Origin: Octopus vulgaris | Taxonomy: Eukaryota | Direction: 5' to 3' | DNA length: 64,000 nucleotides | Assembly (NCBI GenBank): GCA_951406725.2 | Contig: OX597830.1 | Location: 1,116,001-1,180,000, forward strand | Shown here: positions 51,853-64,000 of the stretch, piece by piece | How positions within the stretch are numbered: position 1 is the stretch's first letter | Layout of the letters: every line of letters starts with the position of its first letter | Made by a program: the position numbers and the translations under genes | The notes under the pieces: generated by a model | What the model was told of the DNA's origin: nothing | The model's database searches: none | What the model saw: the letters and a program-made list of their open reading frames with translations, nothing else

Positions 51853-53199
51853 CATTATTATTATAAACACTCTGAATCCGCTGAATGCAACTTAAGGTTT
51901 CGTAGGGGTCTTACAGAAAACTAAGCCCACCAAACTTTAGGTTGTAAGCGGCCGAATCAAAGTGTTTCAAATAATATATTCTACCCAAATTAAATATGTT
52001 GAGTGCGTCTTTCTTTTTCTTTGTACACCCACCCACCCTACTCATACATACATGCACGCATACACACACAAATATATTAACCGACCCTTTTCGTCTGATC
52101 TACACGTCCGCTTTCTAGATATGTGCGAGATTTCGCTGTCTTGTATGCTTTGAGTGCATATGACTCTGCATGCGTGCAAATGCGTGTGGGTACATGTGGA
52201 TGAGTGGGCGTGTGTATATGCGAGTATCTGTTAGTGTGTTTATGGCTGTGTGTGAGTGGAATCAATTTATTTCGAATAAGGTTTATCATCTTCACAATTG
52301 CTCTTACCACACAAAACACTTCATGTGATCTGTCTCGTTACCAGCCAACTGCTACGTTGTGAGAACACAGATTTATTTCAGAAGCTGTTTATCTTTGCCC
52401 AAACGTGGGACATTACGAACCTCGAGTACATTAATGCCTTATAAAACCACTGATATCTATCACGTGATTAATATACATATTGAAAAGAAACTAAATCAAA
52501 TGAAACAATTGTTCCTGAACAGAATACTACTTGAAATAAATCAATCAATCAAAGTGTAATAATTGTAAAGTATAATTTGTTATCGAAATCAGATATATAG
52601 GAATTCTAGAGAATTTCCTATTCCCTTTGGTTTAATATTTAATTTAAGTAAAGGCCATATAATATTTGTTCATTCAGCATGGGCTCCTGCTTATGCTTGT
52701 TTAATTATTCATAAAAATGTCATTGCCATTCGGTTTAAGTAGCAGAAATTGATATTCAAGCAGAGCATAATGAAAATGGTTATTAACAGCTGGATGGAAA
52801 AAATAAAAATATAATAATCAAAAATTGGTTACGTTTATGAGATTTCAATCAGCAGTTATCATATAAGGTCGTTATTGATATACTTCAGACGTAATCAAGC
52901 ACAAACAATATTACTATTGATCTGTTTTACTCGACTCCTTCTGAAGCTTAAAGGCTGAATGGTTAAGATGTTGAACAAAATTTAACGGCATTAAACATGC
53001 AGGAAGCACACAATTCCACATACAAAGCTACGTTTAATACGTGGAAACACACATGCATACATACGCACGTATATATGTAAGTATGTATGCATGTATATGT
53101 ATGCATACATTAGAAAATAATACCCGTTACATTTATACAGCAGTTACGTTGTTAAGTATCCTTCCCATTCATAACCTTAAGCATTACATTGAGAGTCGC

Positions 53200-53560
53200 G
53201 TAACTTAATGGTTAAGGTGTTGCACCCAGAGATCGTAACTTTGTGGTTTCAATTCTTGCATCGGGCGATGCGTTGTGTTCTTCATTTCGCCTGGTTCGAT
53301 TCCACTCAGCTGGCCAAAATGAGTAACGCTGGCACGGAGCAGTGTGTTAGCCAGAGGATGACAGAAATATGTCATAAAATGTTGGGAAAGTAACTCTGTG
53401 AGTCTATGACTTGGAAAGACGTTTGTGGTTTCGAAACACTTCATCTGCATTGTAAACTGAGTGTTTATATTATGGTTTGGCGAGAAGATGTAGGATGGGA
53501 TTCGGAAGAAAATTGCTGGGCTTCCGAGACTAGTGGAATAATAGAGATAATAAAACACGT
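53200..53560 (+). mobile_element. Degenerate tRNA-derived SINE (third type)
   Basis: aatggttaaggtgttg..gtggtttcaattc (A/B-box-like head) and ccactcagctggc.aaaatgagta core. Confidence 0.55.
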
Positions 53561-54934
53561 ATTGCAGATGTTTTTTTTATTCGAGGTCAGGCTGAAAATT
53601 ATGAAGTATTCAAATCGTAACAATAGCATTTGTTCCTTATATACTACAGATCGCTTCATTTAATGTATCGGTTTGTAAGATGATAAAATATCGAGTATGA
53701 ATCATTTACTATTTCCAGTAGGTCAAATGATCAGGTAGACGCTATCTGGTTGGCTCGACCTGTAATGTGTTGCTGCAGTGATTAAATATATTGAATCATT
53801 TCAGACCAAATAATAGATCCGAATGATTATTAAAGAAATCACTAAAGACACGCAGTTGTCAGATGTTAAACGAGATTGATTAGGTCTGCGTCCTTGGGGA
53901 GAGATGCTGTCTATGGCTGCCACTGCGAAGGAACATGTCAAGGAGAACGTGAAATATCTGAAAGCTAATACTGTATTTACCGACATCTCATAATATTGTC
54001 ACATTTAAATAATTTTACAGAACTTATAATTAAACCTATCACATACTCACCGGTACTCTTCAAGTCAATACTTTAGCGATTCACCTCTTACAAATAATCC
54101 TTTGATCAATTTCTCTACTAAACCGCTAACTTCAGGAACTTTTGCATCATTCAGTTTCCTACAGCTAAGAGATTTACTTATTGAAGCCCATCGCTCCCTA
54201 TGAATGATAAACTATTAACTTTTCTCAAATGTCCTCGAAACTGAGATGTTCCTTATATTCTGTTCTAGGTGGATCCCTGTCTTTTCAGCCCCGTGTCAGT
54301 ATCTCGATTGCGGATATTTTTAGGACATCCTCTATTCCGCTTCCAAAGTTAAGTCATATTTTTCTCGGGGAGAAGTTTTTTGTTCTCTCCCAGATCTTGT
54401 TTCCGTTGAATTGTCCTCGATGACTCTGTGACTCGCTATTTGACTTGATAGGGATTTGGTTCGACACAAACCTATTTTTATTTCTTGGAAGTAGTGCTCC
54501 ATATTGACTTGGACCCAATCCTATCTCCTGTTCAGCATGGGAGATCGAATCAGGAGGTTGGGCTCCGCTGCAATGACTCTCGGAGCCATAAAAAAAACAC
54601 ACATTCAACCACATTGCTCCAAGGATTTTGTAACTTCTGGTAGACTACTAACATAACACACAGTTAAAACCGGATATCAAATATACTAAAATCTCTCTAA
54701 GTTCTTCAACTTTTTCTGCTACATTCACTCTGGACACAGAAATTTCACTGGAAACTCCACACAACCCTGTTTACAATCAACTACTATCAATTCAGGGCTT
54801 AATGGCACAGAATTACTTCACTTAATTTCTTGGAATTGGAATGTCAGATGATTTTTATTAAATGGTTTTCACATTTATCAGAAAACATGCAAGAAATGTT
54901 ATTCCGTATATAAAAAATCCAAAAGAGACGAGCT

Positions 54935-55125
54935 GGAGGGCGGGCAAAATGCTGAGCGCCATTTCGTACGTCTTTACGTTGTGAGTTTAAATGCCACCAA
55001 AGTCGATTTATCTTTTATTCCTATCGGGGTCGATAGAATAGGTACCAGTTGAGAACTACGGTCAATGTATCGACTTACCCACTCCTCCGAAATTGCAGGC
55101 CTTGTGCCAAAATTTGAAACCGATG
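54935..55125 (+). mobile_element. SINE copy (first family)
   Basis: aaaatgctgagcgccatttcgt..gagtttaaatgcc..gtcga..tcctatcggggtcgata..gtaccagtt. Confidence 0.75.
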
Positions 55126-58100
55126 TTTTATTGAAATCAATATTAGAATTCATTCTAATTTTTCTTTTTGAAGTTTTACCATTAATACAAAAACCATGAA
55201 TTATGTTTTAACTAATTAACTGTTTATTGTAATCCAACATCTTAACTTTGAAGTTAATTGATGCATTACGCATTATTAAGTGTTTATTTCAAATTCTCTT
55301 CAGCAGCAGCAAATCATCTTTGGAGGAATGATTTTGGTAGTCTTGGGAGTGATGGAAACGTCATTCCACAACCTCCACCGTGGCTACCACTACTCAGACA
55401 AACAGGATTACAACTCCAAACTATTTCTGTCCTTTATTTTCATTCTTCTGCAGCAAAATGGTGTTGCTGTAAAAGTGCTAGATTTACTCCTGGGTATCCA
55501 TTCTGGCTATTATCGATGCCGATAAATACCGGTTCTATACTTAGATCGATTCATCGATTTCTCTTTTGCCATCTGTCTGAAAGAAATCAACTGGGATCAG
55601 AGTCTGTGTGCAATGTTCCCTATTGTGCCCATAAATGACCAAGCTCCATAAAATACGCCTCGATAATTCCAAGAGAATTTGAAGACTCATCATATGGCAT
55701 TTACCATTCTGAAAACAGTTTCTTGCTGCCAGCCATTTCTTTTTGCGCAACATTCACGATTATTTCATCTTCGACGAGGGAATACTCTTCATTTATTCCA
55801 TGTTCTTTACTAGTATGGCAATTAACTTGTAGCAGTTTTTCACATTTCAGAGTGAAATTTTAGCCCCAATATTTTGAATATTGAAATTGACGGAAAATGT
55901 GCACTTGTCCAGTCTTCCTTGAGTAAGAGATGACATTTACTTTCATTGAAATTCATGTCTGAAATCATCTAGAATTTGAAAATTGTAGGATTTTAGTTAA
56001 AAATCGAAAGAACTTCGTATTTTACCAATTATCATAACCACTATCACCAGCGCTATAATCCAACATCTCTAGGACCACCATCACCGTAATAAGCAACTAC
56101 ACCCCTGGGTTCATCACACGCATCCTCCCACACATTCACTCAGCATATCTAAATGTGTGTATCACATATTTTCTGAAACCACTTCCATTTAGAGTGATTA
56201 GTTACGGTCAGGCGTTTTGTGTAACTTATTCTAATCAGAAATTGTCGGTCTTATCGTTGAAGCCTAAACTCCTCAGCGGATTGTGAGATATTTCTTTGTT
56301 CAGCCTCAGAAAGAATCCCCATTTAAAGGCTTTTCTTGGCATCGTCCTTGTATGACAATAGTAGTTAAATTAAAGGCTGGATTATATTTATTATATATTT
56401 TATAATATTTATCAATTTGTTTCCTTTGCCAATTCCTCTCACGGTTCCTTTATCTTCAAAAATGTCTGTTATTTCAGTGAATGTTTGGTAATTTTTGTTT
56501 CCATGATAACAAAACCATTCTGTTGTTTTAACTGTACGTAGTTTTATATCATTCTGTATTGCATGTGGCTGTAGTTCCATCCTAGATAATTTGTGAATAT
56601 TTTCCAGTTGTAGAATTCTTCCGCTTCTATTTTCTGCTCAATGCAATCCTTCTCTTTCAAATTCTCAAGAGTCATTAGTTTTCTAAATGCAGTCATTATT
56701 TTTTCATTTTCCTGGCTTGTCTTCGTAATTGACTTAGCTTACAATCGAGAATATTATAACTGCAAATTAATACTGAGACAAAATATTAAAACCTAATAAT
56801 CTTTTCTTTAAAATAGATTTGGTTTAAGTTTGCAGCATCCCTTCTGTTTTTTACTTTTTAGTTTTCTGAAAATATCTTAATCCTGTTGTGATAGCTCCTA
56901 TACCATATTACTGTAGTTAAAATATTATTGCGGTTAAAATTTGTGTGCACAAAACTGGTAGGTTATGCGTCTGTAGATTTTCGGGTTTCTTTACTCATGA
57001 GCTTTCAGACGGTTTTAATAATCAATAAGGCTTTTAAATGTGTTTATGAGATTTTTTGCTTTGAAACATGCTTTTCCTGACTGTGTGACTGTTCGATATT
57101 TCAGTTACACGGCTAAGTATTTATCATATTCTGGTAGTCTTTCTTTTTAGCATCTGGCCTAGTTCCTGTAACGATAATATAACTGAAGGCTACTCATCTT
57201 AAAGTTTTCAAGCGTAAAGCATCCAAGTTCAGCTTTTAGCAAACCATTCACTATTCGCCTATCCGTTTCCGTTTCATGATGTTTCAGCTGTTCTCCTCTC
57301 TCTTTCAGTAAGTTATCAAATAATGCGGTCGGTGGAATGTGCAGTGAGTATTCTATACATGACTAATAACAATGGCCGTGGTGGGATCTATGAATAACTT
57401 ATAGACATTTCCGATCAGGAAATGCTGCCGGCTGTCAGACGGACCTGTCTGAGATGTACCCAGAGCTGGGAGACCTTCTGCATACATCCGTTAAAGTCCG
57501 AGTATTGTTGGCTTCAGGAATTTTGTGCCGCTACTCTTACAGAATATAGGATACTGTTTAATACGTAGTCTATTGTAAAGCTATTTTCCTTCTAGGTTGC
57601 TATGGTAAAAGCAATTCATCCATGAAGAGCAGATAACCTATTCTGAAATGGATTTTTCTTAAATGATACTGTTTTGTCGTAAAATTACATGTTAAAATAA
57701 TCATACACACGGCGTTCAATAGTTGCTCTTCTTGATATTAATTAGCACATCAAACCTAACTCGGTAGCGAAGCTTATATTGGAGTAGGCTGCGGTGAAAG
57801 TCCTGAAAGATAATTTCATGTAGACGACAAAGGCTAAAAGTAGCGAGATATCGTCAGCACCAGAGGATAGCACTACTCATTTTTCGGACGTTCATCACAT
57901 CCTACAGCGTAACACACGACACATCCAAGTTAGATTGGATGTTCTAATAGATATTCATTACATGGGTTGCTTATGTTGCTAAGAGCTAATCTGTTTGATA
58001 GTTTCCTCTCTTTATGTGAATATACTCTTGGTATATGTTATAAGTTTGTATTTACAGCTCTTTTCACGCAGCATCCGATGAGTCATTGCCAATTTCCATC

Positions 58101-59522
58101 GCTCGAAATACCCCCCTGCGTTGTGTCAACGTCTCAGGAAGAGAATTACTTTTAATCACATCCTACATTTTTCCTGGACATCATCTGTTTATGATTTTAC
58201 ACAATGAATTTTTTGCTCCATTTGCTAACATTTTAGAAAATTTTAAAATCTATTATTTCATTTATTTCAATTTCAAATGAACAGAGAAACATTTATTCCG
58301 TTGACATATTTTTTATTCTAATTACATTTCTTCAGTTTGTCGGAGTGCCTCTGTTAATCGCACTTCCGCCGATTATTATTAATATAATCAATATTTTAAA
58401 GGGAAAAATATAACAAGTGTTATCCTCTTGTTAGTATGGGTTAAAGAAATTAAATTTTTTCATATTTTATTTCCTAGGCTGCATGTGAGTACCATACATG
58501 TTTTTTTTTTATGTACACGGGGAAACCTTGTGTGTGACATTTTTATCTTCATGTCCTTTGTGTCACACCCTGTTTTCCACAATTCCAGTTTAACACTGCA
58601 TTTTATGAGTGACACAAGAGATGTGCTAATGGCAGAAGTATTGTGATTTAAAAAAAAAATCTTTAGAATATTCGTATAATTAGCAGCCAAATCTCTCTCG
58701 AGTGAAAGAGAAAACCACAGGAATAATATTGTCTTGGATACAATGCGTAATCGTTGAAATGATTATTTATAGATCTGCCGACACAGGGTTGGCCATGGGC
58801 TAAATAAATGAAGCCAATAAGAATAGTCATATTGTCACTAGGTCCACCTAGCCAAAATAACTTCAATTCACTCACTGCTGTTAAAAAAAAACGGATTTGG
58901 AAAATGTAATCAAATATAAAATTAGGGGGAATGTCTGACAAGTCTGATTATAAATTTGTTTAATGATTTTTACCTGGAGTTAAGCAACAAAACCAATAAT
59001 AGCAAACACATCGAAACTTATCCAACCAAGAAGTCCATGCAGAGTCGATTGACTGGCTAGAACTAGACACATTGAACCATGTTGTCTAAACATAGCCTAA
59101 AAATAATAGGGTTGCCACGGTTGGAATGAATCCTAAGTATTTTGGCTTGCAACGGTCCTGAAGTTAAATACCAACAATATAAGCAAACGAAAACAATGAT
59201 AACGATGATGTCAAAGGGAAGATGAAGCTATTACTTGGTCACGGAGATCAGTTAGTAATATTGTTTGTATATTATCTATAAAATAGTTTGTGTTGTGTGT
59301 TAGTGCTGTCATATAGTAAAACAAATAAAATTGATTAGAAAAGGGAAACAAAAGAACCAAATTGAATGACAGTGTGTTCCCACGTTGAGAAAAGGCTGAG
59401 AGATGGGTTTCCGTCTATCTTCACTTTTTCTTTGATGCTTTTTATTTCTGTGTGTTCTTAGTTGTTATTATGTATGTTTAGATGTGAGTTTTAGAAGTGT
59501 ACTAAGTATATTGGTATTTTAC

Positions 59523-59581
<59 letters not shown>

Positions 59582-60423
59582 ATGGCATTTACGTATATAT
59601 TTGACATACAGAAACTGGTAGAGAAGAAGGGAAAAAGGGAAGACAGTTCTATGGATAGTGTATGATGCCAGCTTGATGACAGAGAAGAATAATTAGATAA
59701 AAAATATTCACAGACACATACAGACATATACGCACACAGAAACACACACATGGCAGACCCATATATTATTTAGATAATGGGGATATTGACAGATAGACAG
59801 GCTGGAAGAGGAGATATAGAAACAAAGGATGATAGAGAGAAAGAGAGTCAATCGGATAAAGTGGGAAGGAAAGACTGAACAGTTGACATTAGTAAACAGC
59901 AAGAGAAGGAGCGGTGTGAGGGTTAGAGATGGAAATATAGTGAGATATGAGAGAGTGGAGTAAAAACTGATACAGACCGAACCAAAGTACGAGAATGTAG
60001 AAACATATGCACATAGACACTGATACGAACAGAAATAAAAAGTGTGATGAATCGTGATTAATGGACAAACATCTCGACTGATTTCTATGGAGGGAGTGAT
60101 GTGCGTATGTTAGTGTGTATCTATGAGCATAGGAGACAAGGGCCGAGGAGGAGAGAGAGGAAAAGAAAGAGATAGAGGGGGATATTTTAGCTTTTATTTA
60201 TCAAATCCTTCATCAAGAAATGCAATTCGAAACAAGTATAATTACAAACTGATGCCTACACATACGCACACACAATCATGCATCTAGGCCTACAATAGCC
60301 TTAAAATCATGCATACATGCACATATACTATCATAGCCACATAGCTATACGTATATTTACGTGGATATATCCATATATATTTACATGCACATATATACAT
60401 GCATATACATATCTATATATACA

Positions 60424-60501
<78 letters not shown>

Positions 60502-60502
<1 letters not shown>

Positions 60503-60907
60503 CTCAGGAGTGGCTGTGTGGTAAGTAGCTTGCTAACTAACCACATGGTTCCGGGTTCAGTCCCACTGCGTGGCATCTTGGCACTAAGCATCTGCTATAG
60601 CCTCGGGCCGACCAAAGCCTTGTGAGTGGATTTGGTAGTTGGAAACTGAAAGAAGCCTGTCGTATATATGTATATATATATTTATATATGTGTGTGTATA
60701 TTTATGTATGTGTGTGTATATGTTTGTGTATCTGTGTTTGTCTCTCTAGCATTGTGTTTACGTCCCCGTCACTTAGCGGTTCGGCAAAAAAGAGACCGAT
60801 AGAATAAGTACTGGGCTTACAAAGAATAAGTCCCGGCGTCGATTTGCTCGACTAAAGGCGGTGCTCCAGCATGGCCGCAGTCAGATGACTGAAACAAGTA
60901 AAAGAGT
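60502..60907 (+). mobile_element. tRNA-derived SINE (second family), near full length, in (TA)n
   Basis: A-box tggctgtgtggtaag and B-box gggttcagtccc. Tail ggcggtgctccagcatggccgcagtcagatgactgaaacaagt. Confidence 0.9.
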
Positions 60908-60991
60908 ATATATATATATTATACATATATATATATATTATAATAAGAGATACACACACACACATATATATATATATATTCATGCATATAA

Positions 60992-61028
<37 letters not shown>

Positions 61029-61161
61029 AAACATTACGTTATATAATTAGGGTTCAGTAAATATGTATATATATATATATGCACACACACACACTCATAT
61101 TTAAAGGATAATACGATCTGATGTTCATATCTCTCTCTCTCTCTCTCTGTATGTATGTATG

Positions 61162-61204
<43 letters not shown>

Positions 61205-61206
<2 letters not shown>

Positions 61207-61406
61207 CAAAATGTGACCTCGTGTGTACCGTTGGCGATTTTTTTCCTCTGTCTTCCCTTCTCTGGATCTTTCCTTCTCCTATGTTTCCGACGAAGAGCTC
61301 TGCTCGAAACGTTAAACCCTCCTTCTTTCCTGAGCGTCCAATAATACTATATTTGTTCCACGTCCTCGCGTTGTTGTGTTTTTTTTGTGCTTTCTTGTTT
61401 GGATTA

Positions 61407-61412
<6 letters not shown>
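61205..61412 (+). mobile_element. Non-coding element C' (~210 bp) with minimal hammerhead-like motif (61283-61317), in (TA)n
   Basis: GUUU-CCGACGA-A-GAGC ucu GCUC-GAA-ACGU-U/AAAC; same architecture as 4617-4654. Confidence 0.65.
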
Positions 61413-61457
<45 letters not shown>

Positions 61458-61869
61458 TATATAATATACAGATACAGAGAGAGGGAGGCGGAGAGAGGGA
61501 GACGTGCACAAGTGCATACAAGTCGGATCTCCCTATTGTTTTCGTCAACTAAAAACAATGTTGAATGTCCCGACAGCCCATTGGTTACTGAAGATGATCC
61601 TTGGCCAGAGAAATGAAGTACGGCATCGATTTCGATGGGATCAGACTCACCGAACGATGTTTAACGCATCGCCAAGCAGCCTTCTACTTGACCGTCCTGA
61701 CGTGGCCTGACGTTACTAATTGCAACCAGTTTTGCACATCCTTCAATAACGACCATCTTTTACAATTCTTGAATTGTTCGCCATTTAGAAAAGAAGGATA
61801 ACAACATTCTTTTGTGCTTGTGAACCACAGTGTAATGCAGATTTGTGTTACAAACCTATAATCCTTTCT

Positions 61870-62092
61870 AAGCTAGGCAAAAAGATTAAACTGATGGCGA
61901 AGGGGGCGTGAGAAGGAGACTAGTCGATTTCATCTCCCCTCCTCCACCAGTGATCGATTGTTCATTATTTGTCGTCCCCGAAAGGATGAAAGGCAAAGTT
62001 GATCTCGGTGGGATTTGAACTCAGAACGTAGCGATCGGTGTAATACCATTAAGCATTTCCCATGGCGTGCTAACAATTCTGCCAATTCGCCG
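61870..62092 (-). mobile_element. SINE copy (first family)
   Basis: ccccgaaaggatgaaaggcaaagttgatctcggtgggatttgaactcagaac. Confidence 0.8.
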
Positions 62093-64000
62093 CACTTCTT
62101 TAGAAACTCATCAGCAAAGTACTGTTGCCCTTGCAGCGTGTTCTCGATGTGTTTCTCTAATTTCAGGCTGATTTGGATTGATGTGTTTTATCTATTGCAG
62201 AAGAGAGAGAAAAAAGAAGCCGCTGCTGAGTCAATAGTTACCCATCTTCACCGAAAAACATGCAAATACTTCGAAGCATTCTTTTCAGGAATCGTCTTCT
62301 AAAGACCGTCGTTAGAAATGAACAAACGCTAGAATTGTTACTTTGTCAAGAAAGCCTTTACATCTCAAAATTACTTTTTAAAAAAATTCCTATCACAAAA
62401 GTGGCTTTTCGAATAAAAAGATGAGCATGGGTTCTTAACCAAACTCTATTAAGCTGATCAAGATGGTAGTTTCGACATCGCTCATACTTTTTCTTAAACA
62501 TGTAAATAATTATTTAAAATGTTCCGCGATCAAACACAGAAAAGTTTTATCTCACGACTTCAGCAATAGTTAAAAAAATCTACGAACACAACATAACAAA
62601 TACACATATACTGAAGCGAAAGAATAATACACGTTGTTTAAAGTAGAAGATCGCGTTGAAAACATTTCTATGCGCCATCTACTTGACACCTATGATCCAT
62701 TAAGGAAACATATTTTCCAGCTCTAAATGTACGCTGAACAAAGCCTTCTATGTCTGAAATTTGCATATGACGATGTAAAGGGAACTCTTGCACTGTCCAT
62801 GATACTGAGAAAAAAAGCAACTTCCAAATTCACTGAGTTTTATATAGATTTATATCTTGTCAAAAACCCTGAAATTAAGTAGCAACCCATTACGATTAGC
62901 ATACCTGACATCAAAATAGAAACCAGCAGACCTTGCTATTATAAAACACGACAACCGGTAATGAGTGGAAAAGAAAAGAATTAGCAACACAGCCTATTTA
63001 TTGGAAGTCTGTCGGGGCTCATGTTGCGGCAGAAGTTGGGTTATTTATCGTGGACATTCTCCAGTTTATGTTTTCCAGTTTCAGCTCTTGAGCTGTGGCC
63101 ATGCTGGTGCAGAAATACCAACACATACGTAGGTAAGTGAGTGACTTACCATATATGATAGCTATTTCATGTAATAGGAACGACGCAAGGGTTGAATTGA
63201 GAACTTCATACAAAATATAACCATTCGCCTAACTTCAGTAAACCTGATGGGCAATGGTGGATACAGCTTTACAGCTATTCCAACAGCTCCATAAATTATA
63301 ATTTAAATATAGTAGCCGAAATTAGTAGAGCCATCTCTAAAGTAACTCACAAAGCGATATCATTGACAGTGCTGGACTTCTTTGTAATATGGTATCAAAT
63401 AGCAATGTTTTGGTGGAGATGGCGGGGAGGACTTCCTCTCAACACTCATTCACAGATACTTGGGAAGAAACAGAAAAATTCCTTTAATATTTACTGGTGG
63501 CAACATATTTTTAATATAACCTGTAGCGCAATACATACTATATATGTGTATACATATATGCATACAGACTTACATACATACATTCATACTATGTCTTTTA
63601 GTGTCCACGTGATACTTTACATGTATCAGTTTCTGAAAAAATATATATTTTTTTGTTTTTACTCGCTGGAAATTTCATAACTTTATGAGTCAAGAAACAA
63701 TTCATAAACATTAAATAAAAGAACTTACTCTAAACAACAAATACAAAAACACCAAAATATAGCAATAACAAAAACAGTAAAACGACATCAACAACATGAA
63801 AAACCTGCGAGTAACATATTGAAATTTCTTGTATATTTAGGCTTGAAGTCAAAAATAAAAGTAATAAATTTGAGTAGTATCTACTGACTGGCGCAAACCT
63901 GGAGAGAAAACGTTTACAGAAAATGATGAAGGCTTTTTTAGGTGGATGATTGTATAACAAAGAATTTATAGCAAAAGAAAATCCATTATTTAATGGAAGC

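Noticed and set aside
58480-58630. Small inverted repeats (gtgtcac/gtgacac), MITE-like
   Set aside because: Too short and degenerate; no TIR/TSD pair identifiable.
60510-60575. tRNA gene
   Set aside because: A/B boxes belong to a SINE head; no complete cloverleaf.
63020-63145. Possible host exon ending in a strong donor (ag/gtaagt)
   Set aside because: No supporting acceptor, ORF or homology, and it overlaps an antisense SINE/LINE tail fragment.

Overview
AT-rich, repeat-dominated eukaryotic (animal) DNA, most likely an octopod cephalopod, judging by the tRNA-derived SINE families and huge (TA)n/(TATC)n/(ATT)n microsatellites. That assignment is an inference. No host gene or prokaryotic feature is supported. 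The window is a nest of mobile elements: two Tc1/mariner remnants, at least eight CR1/L2-group APE-RT LINE pieces (six bounded by (TA)n), a Tx1/L1 3' end plus an ORF1-only derivative, several R4/Dong RLE retroelements in (TAA)n, a Penelope-like GIY-YIG remnant and many SINEs. The most interesting signal is invisible in the ORF track. Seven short (about 190-1060 bp) non-coding inserts, each embedded in (TA)n, carry type I hammerhead-ribozyme (HHR) folds: 10 motif copies in about 6 sequence-distinct families. Most have a palindromic helix III (dimer-type HHR). Three inserts are head-to-head fold-backs with 3' ends facing the TA tract, and one is a terminally redundant 559-bp unit. This looks like a diverse set of TA-targeted, ribozyme-bearing non-autonomous Penelope/retrozyme-like elements. 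All folds were derived by eye and are untested.
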